Shown: positions 40,271 through 54,422 of the stretch, piece after piece
Layout of the letters: each line of letters opens with the position of its first letter
Position numbering within the stretch: position 1 is the stretch's first letter
NCBI GenBank assembly: GCA_951406725.2
Contig: OX597830.1
Span: 9,982,001-10,046,000, forward strand
Source: Octopus vulgaris
Taxonomy: Eukaryota
DNA: 64,000 bases
Direction: 5' to 3'
Notes under the pieces: model-generated
What the model was told of the DNA's origin: nothing
Seen by the model: the letters and a program-made list of their open reading frames with translations, nothing else
The model's database searches: none
Made by a program: the position numbers and the translations under genes

Positions 40271-40359
40271 TATTCATGTTCTGAGTCCTTTTTCCCTGCT
40301 TGCATCACCGAATCTGTATTGGATTTAGTTAACACCTTTACCAAAAACTCCCATTTCTT

Positions 40360-40990
40360 TAAAAAAACATCATTTGATCAAAATAAACATCATTAGATCA
40401 AACGAAAAAACATTTGATCTCTAGAAATTTTTTAAATCGTTGAATCAAAATAAACACAATCGGATTAGAATGAACATCATTGGCTCAAATAAAAACAGTC
40501 GCATCGATAGAAATATTTCTGGATCAAATTAAACATTGATGGATCAAAATGAACATCATTGATCAAAGTAGACATCCAGAGTTAGTCATCACCAGACGAA
40601 AAGAAACATCGCTGTATCGAATTAAACATCATTCGCTCAAAGTAAATATTAGATTAACGTAAACATCATTGAATCAACGTAAACATCGGGTTGTTGTTGT
40701 CGTTGTTGTTAAGCAACAAACGGGTAAGGGTGATTAGGTGATGGTCTGGGGCTTAGGGGTGGGAGACCTCAGGCCGTGGAAAAAAAAACTTTTATCGTCT
40801 TGTTGTAGTCGAGGGCTCTTCGTTGACGCCCGACACCACTGGGAGGTGGCCCTCGAAGTCGCTGGAAATGGAGATCTCCAGGTTCAAATTGTTGGACGGC
40901 AGTAAACATCGGGTGAATGTAAAGATGATCGGAAGAAAGTAAATTTTATTTGGATAAAAATAAATATCATTGTATATTCTCAAAATTTCG
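40360..40990. repeat. Degenerate ~20-bp minisatellite (AAACATCATTGGATCAAAAT) interrupted by an insertion
   Basis: AACATCAT and GATCAAA recur at ~20-bp spacing over 40360-40690 and resume after 40902. Confidence 0.75.
40692..40901 (-). mobile_element. Short retroposed 3' fragment with a (CAA)n tail and 13-bp TSD
   Basis: GTAAACATCGGGT at 40679-40691 and 40902-40914; (TTG)n next to the left TSD. Confidence 0.75.
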
Positions 40991-41600
40991 TTTACGCTTC
41001 AAGATCCCTTTGAATGAAGAGCACATAGAACTAATATCTGCACACTATCCATCTGTAATAATAAAATATGAACTCCCATCGGAATTTACATACCATGAAC
41101 AAGACCCCTTCTACACAGCACATTCCTTGGATAATGCAACTACAACTGTAACATAAAAAATACATGTTGGAATATACAGGCAGGGAGAAGTATATAGTGA
41201 GAAGAGAAGAGATAGGTATGTTAGAAGGAAGAGAAATGGTATTGGTCAAAAGGAATGGGTAGAAAAGAAGAATGAAAGAAAGGGGAAGAGAAAATGAAAG
41301 GAGTGCTAGATGGTGGTCAAGATATTGTGAGAGGGTGCGGAGAGGAGAACCATCAGTGAATAAAAAGAATAGGAAGAGATAAGAATGGAAGGAAGGAATA
41401 TGTGTGAAAAGTGGGAGGTGGGGAGATATATTTAAAAGACACTAAGGATAGATAAAGAATGTGGTACGAAATTTTCTAAATGGTATAATTTAATTTTTCA
41501 TTATTGAATTGATAAAAGGTGTTTGTTTCTAATTTATATATACGTACGTACATACATACATACATAAATACATACATACATACATACATACATACATACA

Positions 41601-41635
<35 letters not shown>

Positions 41636-41649
41636 GTATAGAAATTAAA

Positions 41650-42080
41650 TATAAATTACAAAATGGGACAAGAACGCAAAAACACACAAAGAGACGACAC
41701 AAAAAGACAGACGGGTCATTCGAAGCCTCTAATCTTCAGTCGGGAACCGGATCATCTTAGCAATTTCAGCTGATTAATCCTGATATCGTTCCGATACGAC
41801 CAGCCCCAAAGAAAAACTAAGCTACGAGCATTAGATTTCTTGGAAAGAGGATCGAATGTATACGAAACAAGGACAGAATGCCACACGAATATAAATACAA
41901 GAAACAAAAAATAGAAATAAAAAACAAGAATAGTAATAACAGGACATAACAACGGGTGTCTTACGACTTCAGACAATTTTAAACTTATCTTGGCTGGCGT
42001 ATTTTGAAAAAATGCCTTTGCGGCAAACGAAGACAACAGTGTTAACATGGCAGAGGTCAAGCCGAAAAGACCAGAATATA
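41650..42080. mobile_element. Unclassified repeat island between microsatellites, possibly a Penelope-like terminus
   Basis: Complex island bounded by (TACA)n and (GATA)n, with strand-asymmetric composition like the other islands; no clean hammerhead. Confidence 0.35.
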
Positions 42081-42166
42081 CACACAGAGAAGGATAGAGA
42101 GAGAGAGAGAGAGAGATCTAGACAGATAGATAGACAGACAGACAGAAAGACAAATAGACAGACAAG

Positions 42167-42210
<44 letters not shown>

Positions 42211-42225
42211 TAGATAGATAGATAC

Positions 42226-42258
<33 letters not shown>

Positions 42259-42293
42259 GATAGAGAGAGAGAGAGAGAGAGATCTAGACAGAC

Positions 42294-42356
<63 letters not shown>

Positions 42357-42385
42357 GAGATATAGAGAGAGAGAGATAGATAGAC

Positions 42386-42456
<71 letters not shown>

Positions 42457-43331
42457 CACACAGATAGATAAAAATGTTCTAAGCTGCTAACATCATTCGT
42501 TCACTTATCTTCATATTTTCGCCTCTATAATTCCTCTGCCCCTAACTAGAAATCTATGATGTCCCCTGAGTTAACTCAATGATTACTACAAACTATTTTT
42601 TGTACAGATCTCGATCATTATTATCTCTAATACTTCTACCATTATGAAATTCTATGTCGCAACAATTATTTCGAAATATAAAAAATAGAAACAGAAATAC
42701 TTTTTCCAAAAAAAAAAATCAATATTTTTCCCAAAGCAGTTCAATATATACAAACTGGCTTGTCAGACGATTGTGATGTTGGTCTTGGAAAGCTACGCCT
42801 CCCGCAGCTAGTTTAATGTTAACACAGAAGAGAAAAAATCGCTGCCTGATGACGTTCATTTAACTTTGTTATTACGCCAGTGGTTGTCGCTGTAGTTTTT
42901 TGTGTTGTTATTGTACTTGTTGTAGTTCTTTCTTTGCTGACAGTGTTTACAATGTGCCATGAAAGGTTTAAATAATAACCCCGCACTCTCCTCTTCGGCA
43001 TTCACTTTTAAACTAAATAACGCTATGAAATTGAAGAAAATAACCATCAACATTTTAGACATTTCACTTAAAAAAAACTTCAAAATAATTTTTAACTTCT
43101 TTTATTTAATGAAGTAACGCGTCGGGGTGCGCGTGGGTTAGCGTGTGTAAGAATGTTGTAAATGTGTGCGTATGTGTATTATGACCGTAGGGATGTATTT
43201 ATGTATGTACGTACGTATGTACATATGTTATTGTCTGTATGTATGTAAATGTATGTATGTAAGTTAGTAGATAGGTATATATGTATATTTGTAATTCTCC
43301 GTATATATGTAAGTGTATGTATGTGTGTATG

Positions 43332-43424
<93 letters not shown>

Positions 43425-43880
43425 ATATGTAATTCTCTGTATGTAAATATATGTATGTGTGTATGTTGGTAGATAAATATATATGTATATATGTATGCTG
43501 ATGTATGTGTATATATGTATTTCTGTGTATGTATATATGTGCACATATATGTGTGTATATACGCATGTCTGGAAGTACGTCTATACTTCATCAAAATAAC
43601 TATTCTTTATGTTTTCCTCTGCTATTCCATTTTCTGTCTTTACTCTATGTGCGTGTGTATGAGTATACATACCTACATACATGCATATATATATACATAT
43701 GTATTTGTGTATGTGTGTGTGAATCCGTATATTTCAGTAAGTGTGTGTGTATGTGTATATATATATATATATATCTATATATATATCAATTTACTCGCGT
43801 CTCTTAATTTACTTATATTTTAGTTTGAAATTTATCTCCTTCGCCCCCTAGTTTCATTTCTTACTCTAATTTATTCCTCA

Positions 43881-43938
<58 letters not shown>

Positions 43939-44049
43939 TCAGGAATTTATAGATATGTGTGTTTATGTGTGTGTATTCACATATATACAGACATATATAT
44001 ATATGTCTGCATAAGTGTGTTTACGTATGTGTGTATGTGTATTCATGTA

Positions 44050-44108
<59 letters not shown>

Positions 44109-44185
44109 ACTTATGTATGCATGTTTGTATGTCTCCATATATATCTTTTTCTCCCTCTCTCTCTCTCTATCTATGTATCTCACCC

Positions 44186-44230
<45 letters not shown>

Positions 44231-44959
44231 ATACACACACACACACACACATATATATTTATATATATATATACATATATATATATGTATTCGTATATGG
44301 AGGTGTGTGTAGGTGTTTCTGCATAGTCAATATATTTATTTCATGACAAACATTCGTTTTTTTTCCCCCCTCCCCCACCCCTATTCTTTCTCTATTCTTG
44401 ATCTCTCCATTGCTTTGTTTCTTCTCTCTTTCTCTATCACTTTTTAATTCTCATTTATTTTTCTTCTTTCGTTCTTCACTCTTGAATCATTAGGTTTTCT
44501 TTGACTCTTCTTCAACACAATCATTTTTTTTTCCCTTTCAAATTATTTTTAGTCTTTTTTTTAATTTTTGCTGTATTTTCATAATTTTTTTTTTTATTCC
44601 TCTCCCTTTTCTTCAAACCTATCTTTACAGAAGGACAGAATAATATTACTGGGAACTAAATTCGCCTTGGGCTCTCACAAGTCACTCAACAACCACGACA
44701 ACAACAAAAACCACAAAAACAACAACAACAACAACAACAAACTTAACGGCAGCCATTATCTCCTCGTTAACTGTTATGTAGATTAACAATTATTCTTTCG
44801 ATTTTACGTCTTTATTGTTTTCCAAACCGTTTTCTTGTCATCATGCTCTGGACGTTAAATATTTATATCAGTAAGCCGAAGAGAAATATATGATGAAACT
44901 TATCTATATATATATCTGTCATCTCACAGTTGTGTCTTGCGCAACTAATTATAGAAATA

Positions 44960-45343
44960 TCAGCCAGACATAGAATTTATTGAGAAAGAAAGCAAACGAT
45001 GTAGGATCATAGATATAGCATGCCCATCTGACAACGAGTTATGCAATAAGGAAGAAAGAAAAGTCGTTAGATATAACAGGTTAGCTTGGGAGGTTAAGCA
45101 GTTGTGATCGCTGAAAAAGGCGGTAGTAGTACCAATAATTGTCTCGAGAATTAAAAATCTCGAGAAGTATATGGAACAAATAGGGGCTGCAATAATAGTG
45201 GAACACTTGCCGAAAACAGTACCGCTTGGAACCACTCGAATACTCCGGAAGGTGCTGGAATAATAAGAGGTTTTACCTTAGTTCGCTGGTAGTGAAGAGC
45301 TGACACCGTAGTTAATCTCCAGCATTAGAAGCTGTGCAAAGGC
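44960..45343 (+). mobile_element. R4/Dong-type LINE RLE fragment and 3' UTR
   Basis: PDIEFIEKESKRCRIIDIACP.D....KEERKV.RY..LAWEVKQL, then a UTR like 28100-28180 and a (TAA)n tail. Confidence 0.85.
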
Positions 45344-45381
<38 letters not shown>

Positions 45382-45383
45382 TG

Positions 45384-45442
<59 letters not shown>

Positions 45443-45445
<3 letters not shown>

Positions 45446-45655
45446 CCTTTCTACAAGGAGCACAAGGCCTGAAATTTGTCGGGAGGGGACTAGCCGAATA
45501 CATCGACCCTAGAGTCTTTCTGGTCCTTAATTTATCAATCCCGAGAGAATGAAAGGCAAAGTTGATCTCGGCGTGATTTGAACTCGGAACGTAACGACTA
45601 GCGAAATACTGCTAAGCATTTTCTCCAGTGTGCTAACGGTTCTGCCAGCTCACCT
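45443..45655 (-). mobile_element. Meta-type SINE
   Basis: ATGAAAGGCAAAGTTGATCTCGGCG..TTTGAACTC..GCTAACGGTTCTGCCAGCTC. Confidence 0.8.
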
Positions 45656-45669
45656 CAATAATAATGATG

Positions 45670-45824
<155 letters not shown>

Positions 45825-45842
45825 AATAATAATAATAATAAA

Positions 45843-46251
45843 TGCCCCGATACAGTACCAGGCAGTGGCTCTCATGGATGACGATATGTGCATCTTTGAT
45901 CACGAGCAGAAGTAGTGGGGGAGCATCATAGTCATGTGTTGAGAGGGATTCTTTGGGGTTTGAATAATTCACCTCTGGAAACATGGGTGGTTCTTTCAAC
46001 ATCCTTAAACAACTCTTATTCAGGGACCTTTTGAGCGGGATGGGCTACTCGACCTGAAGAAAATTCTAAGTGGGCCCCACCTGCAAGGTCATGTGCTGTT
46101 TATCTTGAGATGAGATCACCATGTCGCGCACATATGGTTGTGATGCATGTGCCTGGTGTACCCTTATCAGACGGGTAGTCATGATGGGTATACTGGGCTT
46201 CGTATATTTTACCACAGTGTCACTTTGATGGCATGCACTGCTCTCTCACTC
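45843..46251. mobile_element. Copy 3 of the (ATT)n-embedded element (inverted, internal deletion)
   Basis: TGCCCCGATACAGTACCAGGCAGTGG...GCACTGCTCTCTCACTC, reverse complement of 13515-14068. Confidence 0.88.
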
Positions 46252-46258
46252 ATTAATA

Positions 46259-46330
<72 letters not shown>

Positions 46331-46976
46331 CAACAACAATAATAATTATAATAATGATAATGATAATGATGGTGAAGATGATAGATTTGCTCTTCCTTGA
46401 GATGATGATGATGCTATTACATATAAAAAATTGGAATTTTCTCTTTTTGAATTCCATAAATCCGAAACTGTCTATAATGCATACTGCTTGGCTGGGAACA
46501 GTTTTCACGTCACATCATTGTAAGTTTAGAGTTTTCACCTTGTAAGAATGACAGCGGAGTTATTACTCAATTATTATTTTCAATAACGAAACTTACACAA
46601 CTTTTTCTTTCATGTAGATCAAGACGATGACCTCAACACGAAAGGCAAAAAAAAAAAATTAAAGTTTCGAAGCAATTTTAAGTGTTTCCCTGTTTGAACT
46701 TCTTTTCCTGACATTTGGTCGTTCTTTTAACTTTGCTTATCTTTTCTTTGCTGCGCTGTTCAGAATTTGGTTAGATCGCATCTTTATCTCCGATCTTCTT
46801 TACTTGACTGTTCTGCCTAAGAGGAGTAAAGCTATAAAAAGAGAAGAGAAGTTAAAAATGGAAAAAAACTAATATCGCAATGTAGATCTCAAGAAGATAC
46901 AAAGTTCCTTTCAACGACAAGATAATGATGTACAAGGAAATGCTAGCAAATGAAGCTTTGTTAATCTTATTATTAA

Positions 46977-47208
46977 GGCGCCGAGCTGGCAGAATCGTTA
47001 GCACACCGGACGAAAGGCTTTGCGGTATTACGTCTGCCGTTACGTTCTGAGTTCAAATTGCACTGAGGTCGATTTTGCTTTTCATCCTTTCGGGATCGAT
47101 TAAATAAGTACCAGTTACGCATTGGGGTCGATGTAATCGACTTAATACCCTTGTCTGTCCTTGTTTGTCCCCCCAATGTTTAGCCTCTTCTGGGCAATAT
47201 AGAAATAA
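46977..47208 (+). mobile_element. Meta-type SINE
   Basis: GGCGCCGAGCTGGCAGAATCGTTAGCAC...GAGTTCAAATT...TTTCATCCTTTCGGGATCGAT. Confidence 0.85.
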
Positions 47209-47317
47209 TTATCAGTGCTGTTTCTGGGAGGTTCGTACGATTGTGATAACATCTCTATATAATAATCACCGATATAAATATTGGCGTATTGGGTGATTGG
47301 CTGCTTAGCTGGTTGGG

Positions 47318-47348
<31 letters not shown>

Positions 47349-47564
47349 TTGGTTGGTTAGTTGGTATTTCCAGTCACGCTTTCCATCGTACATAGAGTGA
47401 GTGAGAATAATATAGAGTAAGAAAAGAGAGGGAAAGTGAGAGGTGAGAGCAAGATAGAATAAAAGAGAGATTACGGGAGAGGTTTAATACAAGAGATGTT
47501 GGATGAGTGTACGTACTAGGCTTGGGTGGCAGGCAATGAGTAATGGAAAACTACTCACGCATGC

Positions 47565-48050
47565 ACCGAGAGAGGATGAATTATGAAAATAGAGGAGAAG
47601 CAGGAGGATAGGAAGAGGAGGAGGGTAGAAAGAGAAGGTGGAGGGTAAGAGGAGAAATAGAGAAATAGGAGGAGAAAGAGAGTTGGAAGAGCAGGAGGAA
47701 AGTAAGAGAAAGAGGAAGGTAAGAAGGAGGGTAGGAAGAGAAGGAGAAGAAAAAGGAGAGTAGGAAGAGGAGGAGAAAGTAAGAGGAGAAAGAGGAAGGT
47801 AAGAAGGTAGGGAGGAGGTAGGAAGAAAAGGAGGAGAATAAGAGGAGAAGGAAGAAGGTAGGAAGAGAAGGAGGAGAGTAAGAAGAGAAAGAGGAGCATA
47901 GGAAAGAAGGATGAGAGGAAGAAGAGAAGGAGGAGAGTAAGAGGAGAAGGAAGAGGGTACAAAGAGAAGGAAGAGGGTAGGATGAGAAGGAGGATGACAG
48001 GAGGAGAAAGAGGGAAGTAGGAGAAAGAGGTGGTGGGAGGAGAAGGAGTA
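47565..48050. repeat. ~480-bp polypurine low-complexity tract
   Basis: Almost only A/G with periodic GTAG/GTAA; produces the spurious L/F/S/P ORF 47555-48079. Confidence 0.9.
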
Positions 48051-48279
48051 AATACCAGCATGTCTGGGAATAGTTTCACAAATGAGAAATTTGATTGACT
48101 TAATTTATTTCCAAAGGAATCATCCTAATTTTTCTTTCGATAATTATTATCGATTTCTTCATTTTGTATAAGCACCAAGAAATTTGATAAATGTTTGATT
48201 ACGATTATTGCCGGTACACCAAATTCCCTGATATTGGCCGTGGTGACAACATTATACTTCCAAATTCGGGCATCATTTA

Positions 48280-48565
48280 TGGGGACGTAAACACACCAGC
48301 ACTGGTTGTCAAGCGGTGGTGGTGGTGGTGGGCAAACACAGACTCAATGATACGGACACAAACACACGTACGCGCGAAGACTCCCACACACACACACGCA
48401 CACAAACACACACAAACACACACACTCACACACATACAACGGTCTTCTTTCAGTTTCCGTCTATTACCTCCACATTGTTCGGTTCGAGGTTATAATTGAA
48501 GGCATTTGATCAAGATGCCACGTAGTGGGACTGAAACCGGAAACCTGTTGTTGAGAAACAAGCCT
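48280..48565 (-). mobile_element. CORE-type SINE with an internal (CA)n spacer
   Basis: GGGGACGTAAACACACCAGC..GTTGTCAAGCG, (CA)n, TTTCAGTTTCCGTC, GCCACGTAGTGGGACTGAA. Confidence 0.75.
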
Positions 48566-50504
48566 TTGTAGTGGATAGGCGCTAAAATATCATCCGAGGT
48601 TTTTATAAACAGCGGTAAGAGAATTTCCTTGTAATGCAATACTTATAATTCCATGTAGATGTGAATAATAGACAACGTACAGAAGGCTTAACAGAACAAT
48701 AATAATTTATGGGAAGAGGAATTGGTGATAGGATTAAATCGAAGCTTGCTTACCGGCAAACCCTGCTTAGCATTCGGAGATAAGGGATAACAGTATCCTA
48801 GGGACTAGAAAGAACAATCAGGCTCCTTGTCATGGGGTCACAAATCCAAGAAGGGCGTATACAGCAATATAGAAATATAAGCCAATTACTTCATAATGTA
48901 AAAATATAGATCGTGACAAATGTTCGAATATAGTTATTAAGTTCTAGACTGTTTGTCCATTAGAAATTTTCTACGTGGTGTTGAGTTCAGACAGAAACAT
49001 GACAACACGTCTTACTCTCCTGGAGGTCAGACTGGAACTGAGGAAAAACCTTTCCGCGCCTCACGACAAGCGGCAGGAGTGTATATCAATGCGCGAGGTA
49101 CAGCGGTTGGCTACACTAAACGTATCACGCATAGATGGATAACTGTTCCGCCAAACGTAAACAGTGCTCCTACACCTCTTACCACAGAGCTACACATGCG
49201 AGTATGCACACACACATTTCTCTCTAACTTAATGTAATGAAATTGTAGCCTGATGATCCGTTGAGCTTCAGCAGCTAATTGCACTTGTAACGTCTAATGC
49301 AGAACTTGCAAAGAACCACAACGCTGAAACATACGTAGGGAAGAAATAATATAAACTTGAGTTTATCATAATTTCTCCTACATTTCCTATGTATATTATA
49401 ACTAGTAACAAATAAACCACTGTACTGGATGCAGACTGCCTGATGCTACTGTAAGTGTAGCCCCTAAACGCAAGATTAGCAGTTGCACATCTAAATATAT
49501 ACATCAGATATACATATAAAGTGTGTACGCACAAATGCACAAACACACACACACACACATACTCACCAGCACATAGTCATACGTACACTTACATATAACG
49601 TATGTATCCACCCGTGTTTGCAAGCCCTGTGTTGTGGGTTTCGTTTTTTCCCTCATTGTAACTCATTAGCGAGTCGTTGAACTCTGTCTCCTTCTGAACG
49701 AAAAACAAAGCAAAATATATTCCCCACCCCCACTAAAATTGCTCCATCTTACGTTACATTTGTTTATCATTCTTTGTCTTTTGTGAGACTTTATTTATTT
49801 TCTGGGAAGCTGTCAAATTTGAACGGGATGGGTTCTCACCAACGTTCCGTTTTGAATGTCAATTAACATTTAACAATATCAAAAAAATATGTTTCGTTTT
49901 GCCTAAATTGGGTGAAAAAGTTAATCAAAAGAAATGCTAACCTTTCCTTCAAATAAACACAAAATGAAATGATACAGAAAATGTCAAGGAATTTCGAAAA
50001 AAACATAAAGAATCGAAAACATGTAATCTAGAATCGTAACTATCAAGAAACATGTATGTATATATCGTTGCTATTATGCAAAAATGTTGTAAGTCCAAGA
50101 CGTTAGTTTTTTTTTCAGAACACGAAAAGATAGTTTCACCACTCCATTTCTTTTTACATTAGCGACATTAGCGACATTTAACCACAATACTTTGTTGCGT
50201 GCATAAAATCAGAACTTCATGCATGTATGATATTTTCAGTGAGAAATATTTTTGCAAAACCGTCATTTGTAGGACTTACTATACTTTTGAGAAATGTTCA
50301 ACCGTTGCACTACACTTTAACAATTGTCATATCTTAGCATCAGAAGTAGCTGGAAATACGATAGTTTGACCAAAAGAACCGGCTATTGCAAGCAGAAATA
50401 AATGTTTAAAAAGACGCATTTGGCCAAATTTGAACATTAGGCAGTTTAACATAATAACAACGATATCTATGTATGTGTGTCTCTTTTGTTCTTTTTACTT
50501 TTGT

Positions 50505-50710
50505 CTCTATTTGTCTCCTCACTACGCTTGACAACCGATGTTGTTATGTTTAAGTCCCCGTAAATTAGTGGCTCTGCTAAAGAGGCCGATAGAATAAGTA
50601 TTGCGCTGAAGAAAAAAAGAAGCCCTCGGATGGATTTGTTTGAAAAAAAAACCTTCAAGGCGGTGCCCCAGCATGGTCACATGACTGAAACTATAGCAAT
50701 AATAATAATG

Positions 50711-50766
<56 letters not shown>

Positions 50767-50945
50767 CCTCTCTACAATAGGCACAAGGCCTGAAATTTGG
50801 AAGGGGAAGGGCTAGTCGAATAGTTCGACCCCTGTACGCAACTGGTACTTAATTTCTTGACCCCAAAAAGATGAAAGGCAAAGTCGACTCAGAACGCAAA
50901 GACAGACGAAATGCCGTGTAAGCATTTTGCCCGGCATGCTAATGA
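50505..50945. mobile_element. SINE 3' module (+, 50505-50695) and Meta-type SINE (-, 50763-50945) facing each other across (ATA)n
   Basis: GCTTGACAACCGATG..GGCGGTGCCCCAGCATGG; ATGAAAGGCAAAGTCGAC..GCATTTTGCCCGGC. Confidence 0.75.
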
Positions 50946-51006
50946 CAGTATAAATATATGTGTATATGTATGTATGTATGTGTATATATATACATACATA
51001 TATATA

Positions 51007-51039
<33 letters not shown>

Positions 51040-51316
51040 AAATATATATATATATATATATACACATTTATATATATATATATATGTATATATACAGAGA
51101 GAGAGAGTGAGAGGGAGAGAACGGTTATGAGAGGTAATGGTGTCAATAAGGCCCGACGGTGTCAGGTGATCTTGGACAGACTCCAGGTTCGATGATTATG
51201 TGAACGAGGAATCCAACGTAGGTTATATATCAGCATGCATATATATAAAAAAAATTTACAGAATGAGATAAAAATCCAAGGCTGTGAAAGATTTTAGAAT
51301 ATTTTTAAATAGAAGG

Positions 51317-51362
51317 TCTTACAGCTGTTTCTAGGATATTTATTATATCCCTTCATCGGAGA
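51317..51362 (-). ncRNA. Type I hammerhead motif (CCGATGA core) in a Penelope-like island (51130-51495)
   Basis: TCT CCGATGA A GGGATAT AATAA ATATCCT A GAA ACAGCTGT A AGA. Confidence 0.7.
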
Positions 51363-51492
51363 TGGTGCAAGAAAATGGTTAAGCAATAGTTATTGTAGAT
51401 AAGATATGAAATAGAGAGTGAAGTGGAGGAATGAAAATAGACGTGAGATATGCAGGGATATTGTATCTGCAGTTCCATTATTTAGGCAGAAT

Positions 51493-51546
<54 letters not shown>

Positions 51547-51691
51547 TCCTGTACCTTGTAAGTTCCAATAGTATTTAAAATTGGTCATTCCAAGCATTGA
51601 AAACGGTGTTATTGAATCAAGGGACTTTTAAGAAAAAAACTCGATTCAATAACGAAATCTCACACTTGGTAAGCAAGCTACTTACCACACA

Positions 51692-51738
<47 letters not shown>

Positions 51739-51777
51739 GTGTGTGTGTGTGTGTGTGTGCGTGCGTGCGTGTGTGTA

Positions 51778-51817
<40 letters not shown>

Positions 51818-51818
51818 T

Positions 51819-51864
<46 letters not shown>

Positions 51865-51880
51865 ATGAATATACATATCC

Positions 51881-51945
<65 letters not shown>

Positions 51946-52857
51946 CATATTTATATGCATATATACAATGTACCACGCAGTGGAACTGAGCCCAGAAATT
52001 TTACGTAATTTCAATGTAGTCACACGGGGGTTCTTAAGCCTTTTGCTATAGAATCTTGTTTATTTGACTCTATGGGATTCTGTCAAAGTTCCCAGTAACC
52101 GTGTAATGGATGCAAATATTTCAACATTCATCAACATATGCACACCTCTATATGGATAGATATATCGTTTGAAGCGAGCAACATCTACTGGGAGTTGTGT
52201 ATCAAGCGTTACAGAAAACCAAGAAGATTCGGTATAATTCCACCCAGTTTTCATGCAAACACTTCAGAATAAATCCAAATCGTGATATGTATTTGGATCA
52301 ATAGGATTTGTTTCAATCTGCGTGTGAGAATCTTTGGTTATGCTTTGTTTAATCCCCAAAGAACTGGTTAATCTTTATCCCAACGAAAGAATTGTGTTTA
52401 TATTTTTTTTAACTAAGCTGGTAGATATCGCAAAACTTAAATTATATTTATGGTCATTTAATTAATCAAAGTTTGAACGTTTAAATTTAAGATTTATTAA
52501 ATGATAATAACTTTCTTCACATGAAATTCATAGAATTCAAGTTGTGGCATTTATGCCGTTCCATATTTTTTCCTTGTAAGAATAGGAAACATTTACCTCA
52601 TATTGTTGAGATATCTTCTAAGGCTTGTCTCATGTCTGCTGTAGTTAATACAATTCGAAATATTACTGTTAATACTGACACTGATGTTGCTAGGATGGTT
52701 CTAGACAGCTTTGGACAAAGGGATCTGTGTCAGGAAAATATGATTAATACCATGGGATTATAGTGAAGGTATTTCTGTAAACACTTCATATACACACCTT
52801 ATGGCTGCAAGGTGTTTTTGCATATTATATATATATATATATAATGTGTGTGTGTAT

Positions 52858-52941
<84 letters not shown>

Positions 52942-53074
52942 TATATATCTGAGTCAGTTTTGCAAACGTATGCAACTTTATAGAAGTTAGATCGTCTATG
53001 AATGATGATTCGGTGGAAATTAACAGTACACTGTTATGTAGGTGAACGTTAACAGTACTGTATTATGTTTTACC

Positions 53075-53564
53075 TTTTATTAGACTGCGGCCATGCTGGG
53101 GTACCGCCTTGAAGAAGTTATAGTCGAATAAGTCGATTCCAATACTTAAATCTTTTTTTTTTGTTTTAGCCTGAATTTTAAAAAATACATATGTATAAAA
53201 AAAGAGAGAAAAAAGAGAAACACCTATAAACCTGACTTGTTTGATCTACAGCATCTCATGGGCAGTTAATGAGCGCAACAGCAGCAGCAGTGCCATCTTT
53301 TTGTGGAACCACAACAGCCATTGTACAGACAGTAAAATGGTGGTGGTGGTGGTGGTGGTGGTGGTGGTGGTGGGGTCAGTATCAATGATGAAAACATGAC
53401 TTTTCTGGGACAAACAACTCGATCAGACTCCCGTGAACATGTACAGAACGCCGTTGTTTTTTTCTTCTTTTTTTTTAAACACTCCAACACCGGTTGTCAA
53501 GCGGTAGTGAGGGACATACGCAGACACAAACAAACAAACACACACGCGCGCGCGCACGCACACA

Positions 53565-53650
<86 letters not shown>

Positions 53651-53790
53651 TGTGTTAGTTTCAGTTTCCATCAACCAAATCCCCTCACAAGGCTTTGGTC
53701 GGCCCGAAGCTACAGTGGAAGACACTTGGCCAAGGGGTCATACAATGGGACTGAACCCAGAATGATGTGGTTGGGAAGCCACACCTGCGC
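53075..53790 (-). mobile_element. CORE-type SINE pieces with internal (CA)(TA)(TG) tracts
   Basis: Head 53655-53790, microsatellite spacer, module 53478-53530, tail 53075-53160. Confidence 0.7.
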
Positions 53791-53814
53791 CTCCACACAA
53801 CTATACCTGAGCCT

Positions 53815-53997
53815 CCACACATGACAACCGATGCTGGTGTGGCTATGTCCCCGTCACTTAGCGGTTCGGCAAAAGAGACCGATAGAATAAGTACTGGGCT
53901 TACAAAGAATAAGTCCCGGGGTCGATTTGCTCGACTAAAGGCGGTGCTCCAGCATGGCTGCAGTCAAATGACTGAAACAAGTAAAAGAGTAAAAGAA
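53815..53997 (+). mobile_element. SINE 3' module, well conserved
   Basis: Nearly identical to 59880-60062; ends in GTAAAAGA repeats. Confidence 0.85.
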
Positions 53998-54422
53998 TAC
54001 TGTTATGGTTGTTTAATTTAACAACGTACTGTAACGTTGCTAAAATTTATGTATCGTGAGGTAGAGGTAAGTTAACTTTATACAACGATATTGGGGAAGG
54101 TGAACAAATTACTTAGTTTAAAGTTAACATAGTACTGCTATGTTCAAGAAAGTGAACATGTTATGATATTGGTTAAAAGTAATAATCTGGGTAAAAGTGG
54201 ACCTATTTTGCTACAACCGATTAACAATACACTGTTATGTTGGTAAATGTTACCGTTGCACCACTTATGTTCAGCAACGTGAACTTACGGTGATTAAAGT
54301 GCAAATTAACTATAGGCATTGGAAGTGAACGCAAGACCACATTCTTCGGAAGTGAATTCTTACCCACACACCCATGACTACGCCTGCAACGTTAACTTTC
54401 CGCACCAGAATATAATCGCTTT

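Noticed and set aside
41705-41735. Minus-strand CTGAAGA..GAA motif
   Set aside because: No A15.1-U16.1 pair, and no convincing stem I or stem II
47555-48079. 174-aa hydrophobic ORF
   Set aside because: Complement of the polypurine tract
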